Part shown: piece after piece, positions 1-9,598 of the stretch
How the letters are laid out: every line of letters begins with the position of its first letter
Numbering within the stretch: the stretch's first letter is position 1
NCBI GenBank assembly: GCA_038212275.1
Contig: JBBQUR010000003.1
Coordinates: forward strand, 96,001-160,000
Direction of reading: 5' to 3'
DNA length: 64,000 bases
Source: Planctomycetota bacterium
GTDB taxonomy: Bacteria; Planctomycetota; B15-G4
The notes under the pieces: model-generated
What the model was told of the DNA's origin: nothing
What the model saw: only the letters and a program-made list of their open reading frames with translations
Databases searched by the model: none
Position numbers and translations under genes: made by a program

Positions 1-79
1 CGATCGCGCGGCTATCATCCGCCGCTCGCGCCCTTCCTGCCTGCGTGCCCCCACGGGAGCACGGGAGACCACCCGCACC

Positions 80-2053
80 GTGAAGCAGCCCGACCTGCGC
101 ACCTTTCTCGACAAGCTCCGCGCTCACGGCGAGCTGCTGACGGTCGAGAGCGAGGTCGACACGGAGCTGGAAATCGCGGCCATCGCCGACCGGGTGAGCC
201 GGGCGGTGCCGCCGGCCGGCAGTGCGCCCGGGTCTGCCGGAGACGGCAACAAGGCGCTGCTCTTCACCCACGTGAAGGACAGCCGTTTTCCGGTGCTCAT
301 CAATGCGCTGGGCAGCGAGCGGCGCATGAACCTGGCCTGCGGCGTGGAGCGACGCGAGCAGCTCGAGCACCTCGTCGGAGATTTCCTGGAGCAGATCGAG
401 AGGCCGCGCACGACGCTGCGCGAAAAGCTCGGCGCGCTGCCGCTGCTCGGGCGGCTGGGCAAGCTCTTTCCGCGCTACCGCGGCAACGGCCCCTGCCAGG
501 ACGTCGTGCACGAAGGCGACGACGTCGATCTCTTCGAGCTGCCCATCCTCAAGACCTGGCCCGACGACGGCGGCCCCTACGTGACGCTGCCGCTCGTCTT
601 CACCAAGGACCCGCTCACCGGCGCGCGCAACTGCGGCATGTACCGCCTGCAGCGCTACGACCGGAACACGCTGGGCTTCCATGTGCACACGCACCACACG
701 GCTGCCGATCACCTGCGCAAATTCGCGGCGCTGGGGCGCGAGAAGATGCCCGTCGCGGTGGCCATCGGCGCCTCGGCCGCCACGGTGTTCGCCGCCGTCG
801 CGCCGCTGCCCCCGGGCGTGGACGAGCTGCTCTTCGCGGCCTTCCTGCAGGGCACACCCGTGGACCTCGTGCACTGCCGCACCGTGCCGCTCGAGGTGCC
901 CGCGCGCGCGGAGTTCGTGATCGAGGGCTGGGTCTCCGTGGACGAGAAGCGCCGCGAGGGCCCGTTCGGCGATCACACGGGCTTCTACAGCCTGGCCGAC
1001 GACTATCACGTGCTGCACGTCACCGCGATCACGCACCGCAAGGACGCCATCTGGCACACCACGGTGGTGGGTCCGCCGCCGCAGGAAGACTGCTGGATCG
1101 GCGCCGCGATCGAACGTCTCTTTCTGCCGCTGCAGCGCAAGCTCATGCCCGAAGTCATCGACATGCGCCTGCCCTTCGCGGGCGTGTTCCACAACCTCAT
1201 GCTGCTGAAGATCCGCAAGGACTACCCGGGGCAGGCGCACAAGGCGGCGCACACGGTGTGGGGCCTCGGGCAGGCCATGTTCACCAAGGTGGTGGTCGTC
1301 TTCGACGAGGACGGCCCGGACCTGCGCGACGATACGGCGCTGGTGGGGCTGCTGCTCGCGCGCCTCGATGTCTCGCGCGACCTGGAGTTCGTGCTCGGAC
1401 CGACGGAGACGCTGGACCACGCGAGCCGCGCGCTGCACTTCGGCAGCAAGGTGCTGGTGGATCTCACGCGCGCCTTTCCCGGCGAGCCCGGGCGCCGCGG
1501 CGTGGACCCGCGCGCGGCAGGCGGCTCGATGAGCGGGGCGATGAGCGGCACCATGAGCGGCGCGCCGCGCGAGGTGAACGAGGCCGCGGTGCTCGCCGCG
1601 CTGCGCCAGATTCCCGGCGTGTCCGACGCGGCGATTCTCTTCGGCGGAGCGGTCGTCGTGGCGGTGGAGAAGGTGCGGCCGTCCGTGCCGCGCGTCACGA
1701 TCGAGGCCGTGTGGAACCTCGGCGAGCGTCAGGCCTGCGCGTCGGTGACGGATCGCGTGCTCGTCGTGGACAAGCACGAGCGCCTCGACGACCCGGTGCG
1801 CCTGCTCTGGCTCATGCTCTCGCACATCGACCCCGAGCGCGACGTCGAGCGCGCCAGCAATCCGCGCCCCGATCTCACGCTGCGCATGGACCCGGGCTGG
1901 CACCCGCGCCGCCTCGGCGTGGACGCGACCTCCAAGTCCGCGCTCGACGGTTTTCAGCGCGCGTGGCCCACCGAGCAGCTCCACCCGGAGCGCCTGCTCA
2001 ACAAGATCGCCAACCACTGGTCGTCGATGGGCCTGCCCGGCGAGATGCCGTGA
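80..2053 (+). CDS. UbiD-family (prFMN-dependent) decarboxylase, menaquinone-pathway (MqnL/SCO4490-like) type
   Basis: Motifs RNCGMYRLQ, EGPFGDHTGFY, GPPPQED, ETLDHAS; C-terminal domain appears duplicated (second D-P-x-R-D ... GVDATSK). Confidence 0.9.
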   Translation: MKQPDLRTFLDKLRAHGELLTVESEVDTELEIAAIADRVSRAVPPAGSAPGSAGDGNKALLFTHVKDSRFPVLINALGSERRMNLACGVERREQLEHLVGDFLEQIERPRTTLREKLGALPLLGRLGKLFPRYRGNGPCQDVVHEGDDVDLFELPILKTWPDDGGPYVTLPLVFTKDPLTGARNCGMYRLQRYDRNTLGFHVHTHHTAADHLRKFAALGREKMPVAVAIGASAATVFAAVAPLPPGVDELLFAAFLQGTPVDLVHCRTVPLEVPARAEFVIEGWVSVDEKRREGPFGDHTGFYSLADDYHVLHVTAITHRKDAIWHTTVVGPPPQEDCWIGAAIERLFLPLQRKLMPEVIDMRLPFAGVFHNLMLLKIRKDYPGQAHKAAHTVWGLGQAMFTKVVVVFDEDGPDLRDDTALVGLLLARLDVSRDLEFVLGPTETLDHASRALHFGSKVLVDLTRAFPGEPGRRGVDPRAAGGSMSGAMSGTMSGAPREVNEAAVLAALRQIPGVSDAAILFGGAVVVAVEKVRPSVPRVTIEAVWNLGERQACASVTDRVLVVDKHERLDDPVRLLWLMLSHIDPERDVERASNPRPDLTLRMDPGWHPRRLGVDATSKSALDGFQRAWPTEQLHPERLLNKIANHWSSMGLPGEMP

Positions 2054-2841
2054 GCGCGACGCGGGGCGGATCGGCCGCGCGCCCGTCTCCGGCCGCGCAC
2101 GCCCTGCGGCCGCTGCCTCGCGAGTTCTTCGAGCGGCAGGTGCTGGTCGTCGCGCGGGATCTGCTCGGGCGACTCATCGTGCGCCGCGTCGGACGGACGC
2201 TGCTCGTCGCGCGCATCGTGGAGGTGGAGGCGTACGGCGGGCTGGGCACGGATCCGTCGGCGCACAGTTTCCGCGGCGAGACGCCGCGCTGCCGCGTGAT
2301 GTTCGGGCCGGCGGGACACGCCTACGTGTATTCCACGCACCAGGGCCGCTGCTGCCTCAACGTCTCGGCCGTCGGCGACGCGCGCGGGCAGGCCGTGCTG
2401 CTGCGCGCCGCCGAGCCGCTGCACGGCGAGCAGGCCATGCGCGCCGCGCGCCTCGCCGGCCTCGCCGACGGGCCGACCCGCACGCGCCTGCTCGCCGGCC
2501 GCGCGCCGCACGAACTGCTCTCGGGCCCGGCGCGCCTGTGCACGGCGCTGGGCGTGGACCGCCGCCTCGATGGCGCCGACCTGTGCCGCGACGACGGCCC
2601 GCTCTGGATCGCCGATGCTCTCTCCGGCGCCGACAGCGGTGCGGCGGACGGCTTCGGCCCCGGTGCCGATCCCGGGGCCGCAGTGCGTGCGGTCTGGACG
2701 CCGCGGGTCGGGCTCAATCCGAAGAGCGCGTCCTTCGGCTGGCACTGGCGCAGCTTTCTGGCCGACTCGCGCGCCGTGAGCGCGCCGCGCGGGCTGAGCG
2801 CGGCGACGCGCCGGCCCGCACCGGCCGCCATCCGTCGCTGA
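2050..2841 (+). CDS. DNA-3-methyladenine glycosylase (MPG/AAG family)
   Basis: VARDLLGRLIV, IVEVEAY, MFGPAGHAYVY, AVLLRAAEP, SGPARLCTALG, TPRVG. GTG start overlaps the upstream stop (GTGA); 3' part of ORF 1258..2841. Confidence 0.9.
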   Translation: MSATRGGSAARPSPAAHALRPLPREFFERQVLVVARDLLGRLIVRRVGRTLLVARIVEVEAYGGLGTDPSAHSFRGETPRCRVMFGPAGHAYVYSTHQGRCCLNVSAVGDARGQAVLLRAAEPLHGEQAMRAARLAGLADGPTRTRLLAGRAPHELLSGPARLCTALGVDRRLDGADLCRDDGPLWIADALSGADSGAADGFGPGADPGAAVRAVWTPRVGLNPKSASFGWHWRSFLADSRAVSAPRGLSAATRRPAPAAIRR

Positions 2842-2891
2842 CGACCGCTTCGCCAGCAGAGGCTGCGGCCTGTGATATCGTTCGCGGCCTC

Positions 2892-4490
2892 ATGCGCCAG
2901 CGCAGCACGTTCCGGAAGGCCTTGCCGCGGCGACGCAGCGGCCCGAAGTGCGCGGTGCTCATGCTGGCTCTGTGTTTCGCGACCGGCTGTTCGCACCACG
3001 AACCCGCGGCGCCCGGCGAGCACGACGCCGGACAGCCCGCCGGACAGCCCGCCGAGCAGGCCGCCGAGCAGGCCGCCGAGCAGGCCCGCAAGCTGCCCAA
3101 CATCGTCGTCTACCTGGTGGACACGCTGCGCGCGGACCGGCTCGGGATCTACGGCAATGCGCGCGACACTTCGCCGGCCATCGACTCGCTCGCCTCGCAA
3201 GCCGCGGTCTTCGAGCATGCCGCCTCGCAGGCGCCGTGGACGTTGCCCTCGGTGACCAGCCTCTTCACGGGCACGTACCCCAGCACGCACCACGTGGTGA
3301 GCAACTTCGACAAGCTGGGCCTGCAGGCCGAGACGCTGGTCGAGTTCATGCGCGCGCGCGGCTACTACACCGTCGGTTTCGTGGCGAACACGCTGGGCGG
3401 CAAGGGCGGCGGCCTCGACCAGGGTTACGACGACTTCCACGAGCAGCAGTCGGTGCACGACCTGACGGCGGAGCAGGTCGCGGCCGGCGCGCTCTCGATG
3501 CAGCCGCTGTACGACTGGGCCTCGTCATGGGACGGCCGCCAGCCCGTGTTCGTGTACGTGCACACGGTGGAGCCGCACAATCCGTGGAATGGCGCGCCGC
3601 GCAGCCGTGCGCCCTGGTTCACCGGCAGCGAGGCCGACAAGAAGCATCTCAACGACATCCTGCCGGAGCAGCGCGGGCTCATCGCCGCGCGCAACGCCGG
3701 CACGCTCAAGCCCGCCGACGCCGAGCGGCTGGCCGCGCTGGACACCGAGGTCGCGGGCCGCGTGCAGGACGCGATGGATCTTTACGACGGCGACGTGCGC
3801 CAGGCCAGCGACAACTTCCGCCGCCTCATGGGCATCCTCACCGGCTGGCCGAGCTGGGACTCCACGGTGGTGGTGTTCCTGGCGGACCACGGCGACGAGT
3901 TGTACGAGCACGGCAACTGGTTCCACGGCCAGTCGCTGTTCGAGGAAATGATCCACGTGCCGCTCATCCTGCGCATTCCCGGGCTGACCGATGCCGGCGT
4001 GCGCCTGACGCAGCCCGTGTCCGTGATCGACGTGCCGCCGACGCTGGCCGAACTCATCGGCGCGCCGCCGCTCGCGCAATGGCAGGGGACGTCGCTGCTG
4101 CCGCTGCTGCGCGCCGCGCACGACGGCACGACGCCGCCCGAAGCGCCAGCAGTGCTGAGCATGCGCATCAACGTGGATCGCAGGCTGGGCGGCGAGCGCG
4201 GCGACCGCGAGACCGTGCTGCGCAGCGGCGACTGGAAGCTCATCGTGCACTACGACACGAGCCGCGCGAGCCTGTTCGACCTGGCCGCCGATCCGGGCGA
4301 ACAGCACGATCTCTCCGCGGCGGAGCCCGAGCGCCTCAAGGCCATGCTGCTGCAGGTGCAGAAGACGATGCAGACGCTGCCGGCAGGGGACCTGCGCGCG
4401 ACGACGCCCGACGCTCCCGGCATGGACGCGGAGAAGCGCCGGCACCTCGAGGAACTCGGCTACATCGACGGGCAGGGCAAGCCCCGATAG
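2892..4490 (+). CDS. Sulfatase-like hydrolase (alkaline phosphatase superfamily), probably exported/lipoprotein
   Basis: PNIVVYLVDTLRAD, ADHGDE, HGQSLFEEMIHVPLI, LFDLAADPGE; lipobox-like ATGC. Start uncertain (2892 or 2961). Confidence 0.85.
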   Translation: MRQRSTFRKALPRRRSGPKCAVLMLALCFATGCSHHEPAAPGEHDAGQPAGQPAEQAAEQAAEQARKLPNIVVYLVDTLRADRLGIYGNARDTSPAIDSLASQAAVFEHAASQAPWTLPSVTSLFTGTYPSTHHVVSNFDKLGLQAETLVEFMRARGYYTVGFVANTLGGKGGGLDQGYDDFHEQQSVHDLTAEQVAAGALSMQPLYDWASSWDGRQPVFVYVHTVEPHNPWNGAPRSRAPWFTGSEADKKHLNDILPEQRGLIAARNAGTLKPADAERLAALDTEVAGRVQDAMDLYDGDVRQASDNFRRLMGILTGWPSWDSTVVVFLADHGDELYEHGNWFHGQSLFEEMIHVPLILRIPGLTDAGVRLTQPVSVIDVPPTLAELIGAPPLAQWQGTSLLPLLRAAHDGTTPPEAPAVLSMRINVDRRLGGERGDRETVLRSGDWKLIVHYDTSRASLFDLAADPGEQHDLSAAEPERLKAMLLQVQKTMQTLPAGDLRATTPDAPGMDAEKRRHLEELGYIDGQGKPR

Positions 4491-4594
4491 CGCGGCGGCC
4501 CGACGATCCCGGCACGGCGCAGGCCGCGTCGCGTCGCACCGCGGCCGAGGCTCGCCGGGTGACAGCAGCCGGCCGGCCGGGGCACACTGGGGCG

Positions 4595-5809
4595 ATGTCC
4601 CTGCGCTCCGAGATCAATGCCGACGTGCCCGTGGCGCAGCCCGGCGAATTTGCTCCGCTGCAGCTCTCGCCCTCGCTGCCGATCTGGCCGCCGGTCGTGC
4701 TCGCGCCGATGGCCGGTGTCACCAATCCGCCCTTCCGCGCGCTGTGCCGCCGCCAGGGCGCCGGGCTCTACGTGGCCGAGATGCTGCACGCGCGCGGGCT
4801 CACCGAGGGCAACGCCTCCTCGCTGAAGATCGCCTCCTTCGGCAGCGACGAGGCCGTGCGCTCCGTGCAGATCTTCGGCGCCGACCCGGCCGAGATGGCC
4901 GACGCGACGCGCTACCTCGTGAACGAGCTCGGCGTGCATCACGTCGACATCAACATGGGCTGCCCGGTGCGCAAGGTGACGGTGCGCGGCGGCGGCTCGG
5001 CGTTGTGCGCGCGCCCGGAGCTCATGGCCGCAGTGCTGCGCGCGGTGGTGGCCGCCGCGGGCAGCGTGCCGGTGACGATCAAGGTGCGCCTCGGCCTCGA
5101 TGAGGACCGCATCACCTGGCCCGACGCGCTGGCCGCCGCCTCCGGCGAGGGCGCGCGCTGGATCGGCGTGCACGCCCGCACCGCCGCGCAGCTCTACTCC
5201 GGCCACGCGCGCTGGGAAGAACTGGCGCGCATCAAGGACGCCGCGCGCAGGCTGCCGGCGCCGGACGGCGCTACCGGCGACGGCTTCCCCGTCCTCGGCA
5301 ACGGCGACGTCTGGGAGGCGTGGGATGCGCTGCGCATGCTGCGCCTCACCGGCTGCGACGGCGTCATCATCGGCCGCGGCTGCCTCGGTCGGCCGTGGTT
5401 GTTCCGCGAGCTGGCCGACGTGTTCGACGGCCGCCAGCCGGGCGAGCCGCCGGCGCTGGGCGAGGTGCTCGCCATCCTGCGCGAACACGGCCAGCTCCTC
5501 GCGGAGTTCTTCGGCGAGCGGCACGGCGTGCGCGAGCTGCGCAAGTGGTGCGCCTGGTACACGAAGGGTTTCGAAGGCAGCGCGCGCGTGCGCGACGCGC
5601 TTCAGCGCATCGAAACGCTGGCCGAGATGGACGGCTGGCTCGCGCAGATGGATCCGTCGCTGCCCTTCCCGCGGAGCGCGCTGCGCGTCACCCGCGCCAA
5701 GCGCGGCGGCGCGCAGGACAAGGTGGCGCTCCCGCACGGCTGGCTGGACCTCGCGGAGCGCGAGCGGCGGGAACGGCCGGCGGATGCAGAGTCGGCCAAC
5801 CGCCCGTGA
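4595..5809 (+). CDS. dusB: tRNA-dihydrouridine synthase B
   Basis: LAPMAGVT, DINMGCP, VTIKVRLG, VHART, GNGDV, GRGCLGRPWLF; ATG 4595 within ORF 2948..5809. Confidence 0.9.
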   Translation: MSLRSEINADVPVAQPGEFAPLQLSPSLPIWPPVVLAPMAGVTNPPFRALCRRQGAGLYVAEMLHARGLTEGNASSLKIASFGSDEAVRSVQIFGADPAEMADATRYLVNELGVHHVDINMGCPVRKVTVRGGGSALCARPELMAAVLRAVVAAAGSVPVTIKVRLGLDEDRITWPDALAAASGEGARWIGVHARTAAQLYSGHARWEELARIKDAARRLPAPDGATGDGFPVLGNGDVWEAWDALRMLRLTGCDGVIIGRGCLGRPWLFRELADVFDGRQPGEPPALGEVLAILREHGQLLAEFFGERHGVRELRKWCAWYTKGFEGSARVRDALQRIETLAEMDGWLAQMDPSLPFPRSALRVTRAKRGGAQDKVALPHGWLDLAERERRERPADAESANRP

Positions 5810-5879
5810 CCGATCCGGCGAGCAGCCGGCGCTCGAGCCGCACTCGGCGCGCCACGCGGCATCTGCAACAATCCCCCGC

Positions 5880-6437
5880 GTGACTCCTGATCCGACGCGA
5901 CTGCCTCCCGACCGGCCCGTGAGCGGCGCGCCCGGCGCGCCGCCGCTCTTCCTGCCCGACGTGGCGTTCCCGCCGTACCGCTTCGTGCCGGGGCACACGA
6001 AGCATCCCTTCGCCCAGGTCGGCGGCTATGCGTATGGCGAGCGGCCGGCGCCGCCGCCCTTCGTCGCGCGCGACGACTGGCGCGCCAACGCCGCGTTTCT
6101 GCGCGGCTGCGACTTCTTCAATCGCGGCTGGTGGTGGGAGGCGCACGAGGCGTGGGAGTCTTTCTGGCATGTGGCCGAGGGGCGCGACCCCGCGCAGCAC
6201 GCGCTGCACAAGGCGCTCATCCAGCTGGCGGCCTCGGCGCTGAACCGCGAGCGCGGGCACGACCGCGGCGCGGACGAACTGCTCGTCACTGCGCTCGGCG
6301 GGCTGCAGCGCGCAGCGCTGGAAGCCGGCGGCGCGCAGCTGCTGGGCCTCGACCTCGACGCGCTGGCCCGCGATGCGCAGCATCACCTCGCCCGACCGAC
6401 CGCCGCGGTGAACGGCTTCTACATCGTCCCGCGCTGA
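5880..6437 (+). CDS. DUF309 family protein
   Basis: FPPYRFVPG..HP, FFNRGWWWEAHEAWESFW, ALIQLAA. Start codon approximate. Confidence 0.8.
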   Translation: MTPDPTRLPPDRPVSGAPGAPPLFLPDVAFPPYRFVPGHTKHPFAQVGGYAYGERPAPPPFVARDDWRANAAFLRGCDFFNRGWWWEAHEAWESFWHVAEGRDPAQHALHKALIQLAASALNRERGHDRGADELLVTALGGLQRAALEAGGAQLLGLDLDALARDAQHHLARPTAAVNGFYIVPR

Positions 6438-6614
6438 GGAGTGCGGGCCGTCGTGATCGCCGACTTCGGCTGCGACGGCGGGTGCGTGCGTCACGAAAGT
6501 GTGTCAACTCTCTGCGCACGGGCAGCCGATGAAGCCCGCCGCCAAGGCGAGGGGAAAGCGACTTGGTGCCGACGAGCGAACGTGCGCCGCAGGGTCGGTA
6601 GACTACGAACTCCC

Positions 6615-6920
6615 ATGCCAGCCACCCCCCGCATCCCCGTCCCCCGCGAACCGCTGGCAGCACTCTGCCTCCGCCACCACATCCGCAAGCTTTCCTTCTT
6701 CGGCTCCGTACTGCGCGACGACTTCGGTCCAGCCAGCGACATCGACATCCTCGTCGAGTTCGACCCGGAGTTTCCGGTGGGCTTCCGGATCTTCGACGTC
6801 GAGCAGGAACTCTCGCAGCTCTTCGACGGCCGCCGCGTGGACATCGTCAACCCCAAGTATCTGAACCGGCACCTGCGGGATCGCGTGCTCGCCGACGCGC
6901 TCGTCCAATATGCGGCATGA
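6615..6920 (+). CDS. Minimal nucleotidyltransferase (MNT/MntA-type antitoxin)
   Basis: LSFFGSVLRDDFGPASDIDILVEF (GS-x10-DxD) and GRRVDIV; overlaps the downstream HEPN gene. Confidence 0.9.
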   Translation: MPATPRIPVPREPLAALCLRHHIRKLSFFGSVLRDDFGPASDIDILVEFDPEFPVGFRIFDVEQELSQLFDGRRVDIVNPKYLNRHLRDRVLADALVQYAA

Positions 6921-7257
6921 CGACCTGGCCTACGTGCGCCACATGCTGGATCAGGCCGAGCTGGCTGTCTCGATGCTCGGGCACAAGACGTGAGCCCAGT
7001 TCGATGCCGATGACACCCTTCGACTCGCGCTGACCCATCTGGTGCAGACCTTCGGAGAGGCCGCTGGTCGTGTGTCTCCTGCCTTTCGCGGGCGCTGTGC
7101 CGAAGTGCCTTGGGAGCGCGTGATCGGCATGCGGCACCGCATCGTCCACGACTACCTGGACGTGGACTTCGACATCGTCTGGGATGTCGTGAAGCTGCAC
7201 CTGCCCGCACTGATCGCGGTGTTGAGGATGCGTGTCATCCCCGAGGCCGAACGCTAG
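6910..7257 (+). pseudogene. HEPN/DUF86 (HepT-type) RNase toxin interrupted by an in-frame TGA at 6991-6993
   Basis: Reading from ATG 6910 gives MRHDDLAYVRHMLDQAELAVSMLGHKT*AQFDADDTLRLALTHLVQTFGEAA...PWERVIGMRHRIVHDYLDVDFDIVW. The R-x4-H-x-Y HEPN motif lies downstream of the stop in the same frame. Confidence 0.85.
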
Positions 7258-7475
7258 CCTGTGCATGCAGTGAAGCCCTCTCCGCGGCTCACAAGCCGCG
7301 GCCCCGTTGAGGCCGCAGCCCAAGCGCCAGCGGACAGGGGAGCACTTCGCGCTGTGCCGTCCCATGGCTGCCCCGACAGCCTGGAACGGGTCGCCCATCA
7401 GCGGAGTTCATGGCAACTCCCGAGCCGCAGGGCGCGCGCGTTGATTTCCCGCCGCTTGTCCCTTTCGATGGCGGG

Positions 7476-8594
7476 ATGAGCGCCGCATCGCAGCCGCCGC
7501 AGGTGCCCCGGCTGCGCCGCCCGCGCCGGCCGCGCCGGCCGCGCCTCGCGGAAGCCGGGCTGCTGCTCGTCATCGTCGCGCTGTGCACGCTGCTGACGCT
7601 TGCGGCGGACACGCTCGTGCTGCACGGCGAGTCGATGAACGCCTTCCTGCGCGTGGACAACCTGCTCGCCAACGTGGCCACGCCGATGTCGTGGATGGCG
7701 ATCATGGCGCTGGGCGCGACCTGCGTGATCATCGCGGGCGGCATCGACATTTCGGTCGGTTCCATCTTCGGGCTGTCGGCGCTGGGCACGGCCGCGGTGC
7801 TGCAGGAACTGCCGGCCGATGCGAGCGCGTGGCTCGTGCTGCCGCTCGCGGTCGGCGTGGCTCTGGGCATCGGCGCGGCGTGTGGTCTGCTCAACGGCGT
7901 GCTCGTCGTCGGACTGCGCCTGCATCCCTTCATCGTCACGCTGGGGACGCTGTCCATCTTCCGCGGGCTGGCGCTCGTCGCGGTGAAGGCCAAGACGCTG
8001 CCTTCGCTCGGGCAGCAGTTGCCGGTCGCGCTCACCTCCGACGGCATCGGCGCGCGCGTCGCGCTGGGCGAGCACTCCTTCGTGCAGCCGGTGCCGATGC
8101 TCGTCATGCTGCTGTGCGCCGGGCTCGCGTGGATCTTCCTGGCGCACACGGTGGGCGGGCGCGAGGTGTACGCCGTGGGCGGCAATGCGGAGGCGGCGCG
8201 TTTCGCGGGCCTGCCCGTCGGGCGCATCACGCTGCGCGTCTACGTGATCTCCGGCGTGTGCGCCGGCATCGCGGGCCTGCTCTCCTGCGGCTTCTATCAA
8301 TCCGCGAACACCGCAACGGGCGAGGGCTACGAGCTCTCCGTCATCGCGGCGGCGGTGGTGGGCGGCGCGAGCATGGCCGGCGGCCGCGGCACGGCGCTGG
8401 GCGCGCTGCTCGGCGCGCTGGTCATCAAGCTCATCGAGAACGGCATCGACATCCTGCGCGAACTGCCGCTCGGCTTCGCGACGCTGCCGCTCGGCAAGGA
8501 GTACGGCAAGATCATCATCGGCGTGGCGATCCTGCTGGCCGTCGCGATCGATCGTGTCTCGGAGCGCTGGCGCCGCGGCGAGCCGTCGTCGTGA
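7476..8594 (+). CDS. Monosaccharide ABC transporter permease (RbsC/BPD_transp_2 family)
   Basis: IIAGGIDISVGS, PFIVTLGT, VYAVGGNAEAARFAG, YELSVIAAAVVGGASMAGGRG; multiple TM segments. Confidence 0.93.
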   Translation: MSAASQPPQVPRLRRPRRPRRPRLAEAGLLLVIVALCTLLTLAADTLVLHGESMNAFLRVDNLLANVATPMSWMAIMALGATCVIIAGGIDISVGSIFGLSALGTAAVLQELPADASAWLVLPLAVGVALGIGAACGLLNGVLVVGLRLHPFIVTLGTLSIFRGLALVAVKAKTLPSLGQQLPVALTSDGIGARVALGEHSFVQPVPMLVMLLCAGLAWIFLAHTVGGREVYAVGGNAEAARFAGLPVGRITLRVYVISGVCAGIAGLLSCGFYQSANTATGEGYELSVIAAAVVGGASMAGGRGTALGALLGALVIKLIENGIDILRELPLGFATLPLGKEYGKIIIGVAILLAVAIDRVSERWRRGEPSS

Positions 8595-9139
8595 AGCCCG
8601 AGGAACGCGCGGCGCGCCGCCTCTTCATGCGCGTGGCGCGCGTGCTCATCGGCGCCGTCATCCTCGTGGCGCTGGCTGGCGCGGTGCTCTGGCTGCGCGC
8701 GGCCTTTCATCCGTGGACCGACCACGACCTGCCCGACGTGCGCGCGCGGCACGCCGTGCTGCACCTGCAGAACGAGACCGCCGCGCCGCTCGCGCTTGCC
8801 TGGCGTCGCGCCGCCGCCGCGGACTCCGCGCCGGGTCCGTGGATCGACCTGCCGCCGAATCCGGCGCTTCCGGCGGGTGTCGTCGAGTCGCGCGGCTACC
8901 GCCTGCTCGCGCCGCTGCCCGCGGACGCCGCAGCCGCGGGCACGCCGATCGAACTGCGCCTCACGCAGGCAGGCGACGAGCGCCTGCTGCCGCTCTGCCC
9001 TCGCGCCGCCGAGCACCTGCGCCTGCGCATCGATGAGACGCGCGCGCTGCACCTGCAGTCCGGCCGCGCAGGCTGGTGGGGTGCGCCGGACTTCGGCGCG
9101 GAACTCCCGCTCGACGCGACAGCTTCCGCGCCACGCTAA
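8591..9139 (+). CDS. Hypothetical protein with one N-terminal TM helix
   Basis: GTG overlaps the permease stop (GTGA); hydrophobic VLIGAVILVALAGAVLWL; 3' part of ORF 7583..9139. Confidence 0.55.
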   Translation: MKPEERAARRLFMRVARVLIGAVILVALAGAVLWLRAAFHPWTDHDLPDVRARHAVLHLQNETAAPLALAWRRAAAADSAPGPWIDLPPNPALPAGVVESRGYRLLAPLPADAAAAGTPIELRLTQAGDERLLPLCPRAAEHLRLRIDETRALHLQSGRAGWWGAPDFGAELPLDATASAPR

Positions 9140-9232
9140 GGCGCCACGCCAAGGCGCTGCGCTCGCGCGCGGCGCCACTCCACATCGCGACGAGACCTCG
9201 ACATGGCGCCGCGTCGCGTGTGCCGATGCACC

Positions 9233-9442
9233 TCAGCCCTTCGCGGGCTCGTCGACGTCGCAGTCGTTGATCCACTGCACGTGGTCGGTGTTGAGGACGG
9301 CCGAGGCGCAGTCGATGCCCTGAGCCTTGAGATTCGCGGAGCGGCGCGCCAGCCAGGTGTGCGCTTGCTCGAGGCTTTTCGCGGCGGCGTAGTGCACGGC
9401 AAAGGTGCCATCGTCGAAGGCGACGGAGACGGCGAGGATCAT
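9233..9442 (-). CDS. Small hypothetical protein (69 aa)
   Basis: MILAVSVAFDDGTFAVHY...DCDVDEPAKG; GGAG upstream of ATG; fills the gap between plus-strand genes; non-shadow amino-acid composition. Confidence 0.6.
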   Translation of the reverse strand: MILAVSVAFDDGTFAVHYAAAKSLEQAHTWLARRSANLKAQGIDCASAVLNTDHVQWINDCDVDEPAKG

Positions 9443-9598
9443 GGGCGGAACTCCGAGGAGCCTGGGAACGAAGGGTGCATCGTGACGGGTGCTGCGGGTG
9501 CGCGACCGATCCGCGTGCCCGCCGATTGTGGGCCACCGGACCCCGGCGCGCCAGTCGAGCCGCACGCTCCCGCGGCGGGCTGTGTCATGATGCGCACC

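Noticed and set aside
1540..2053. Extra C-terminal domain of the UbiD protein as a novel fusion
   Set aside because: It looks like a duplication of the UbiD C-terminal domain, which I recall in long menaquinone-pathway decarboxylases.
6991..6993. TGA as selenocysteine or genetic-code reassignment
   Set aside because: The position corresponds to a non-catalytic, probably Arg site, and TGA is the normal stop for most genes in the window.
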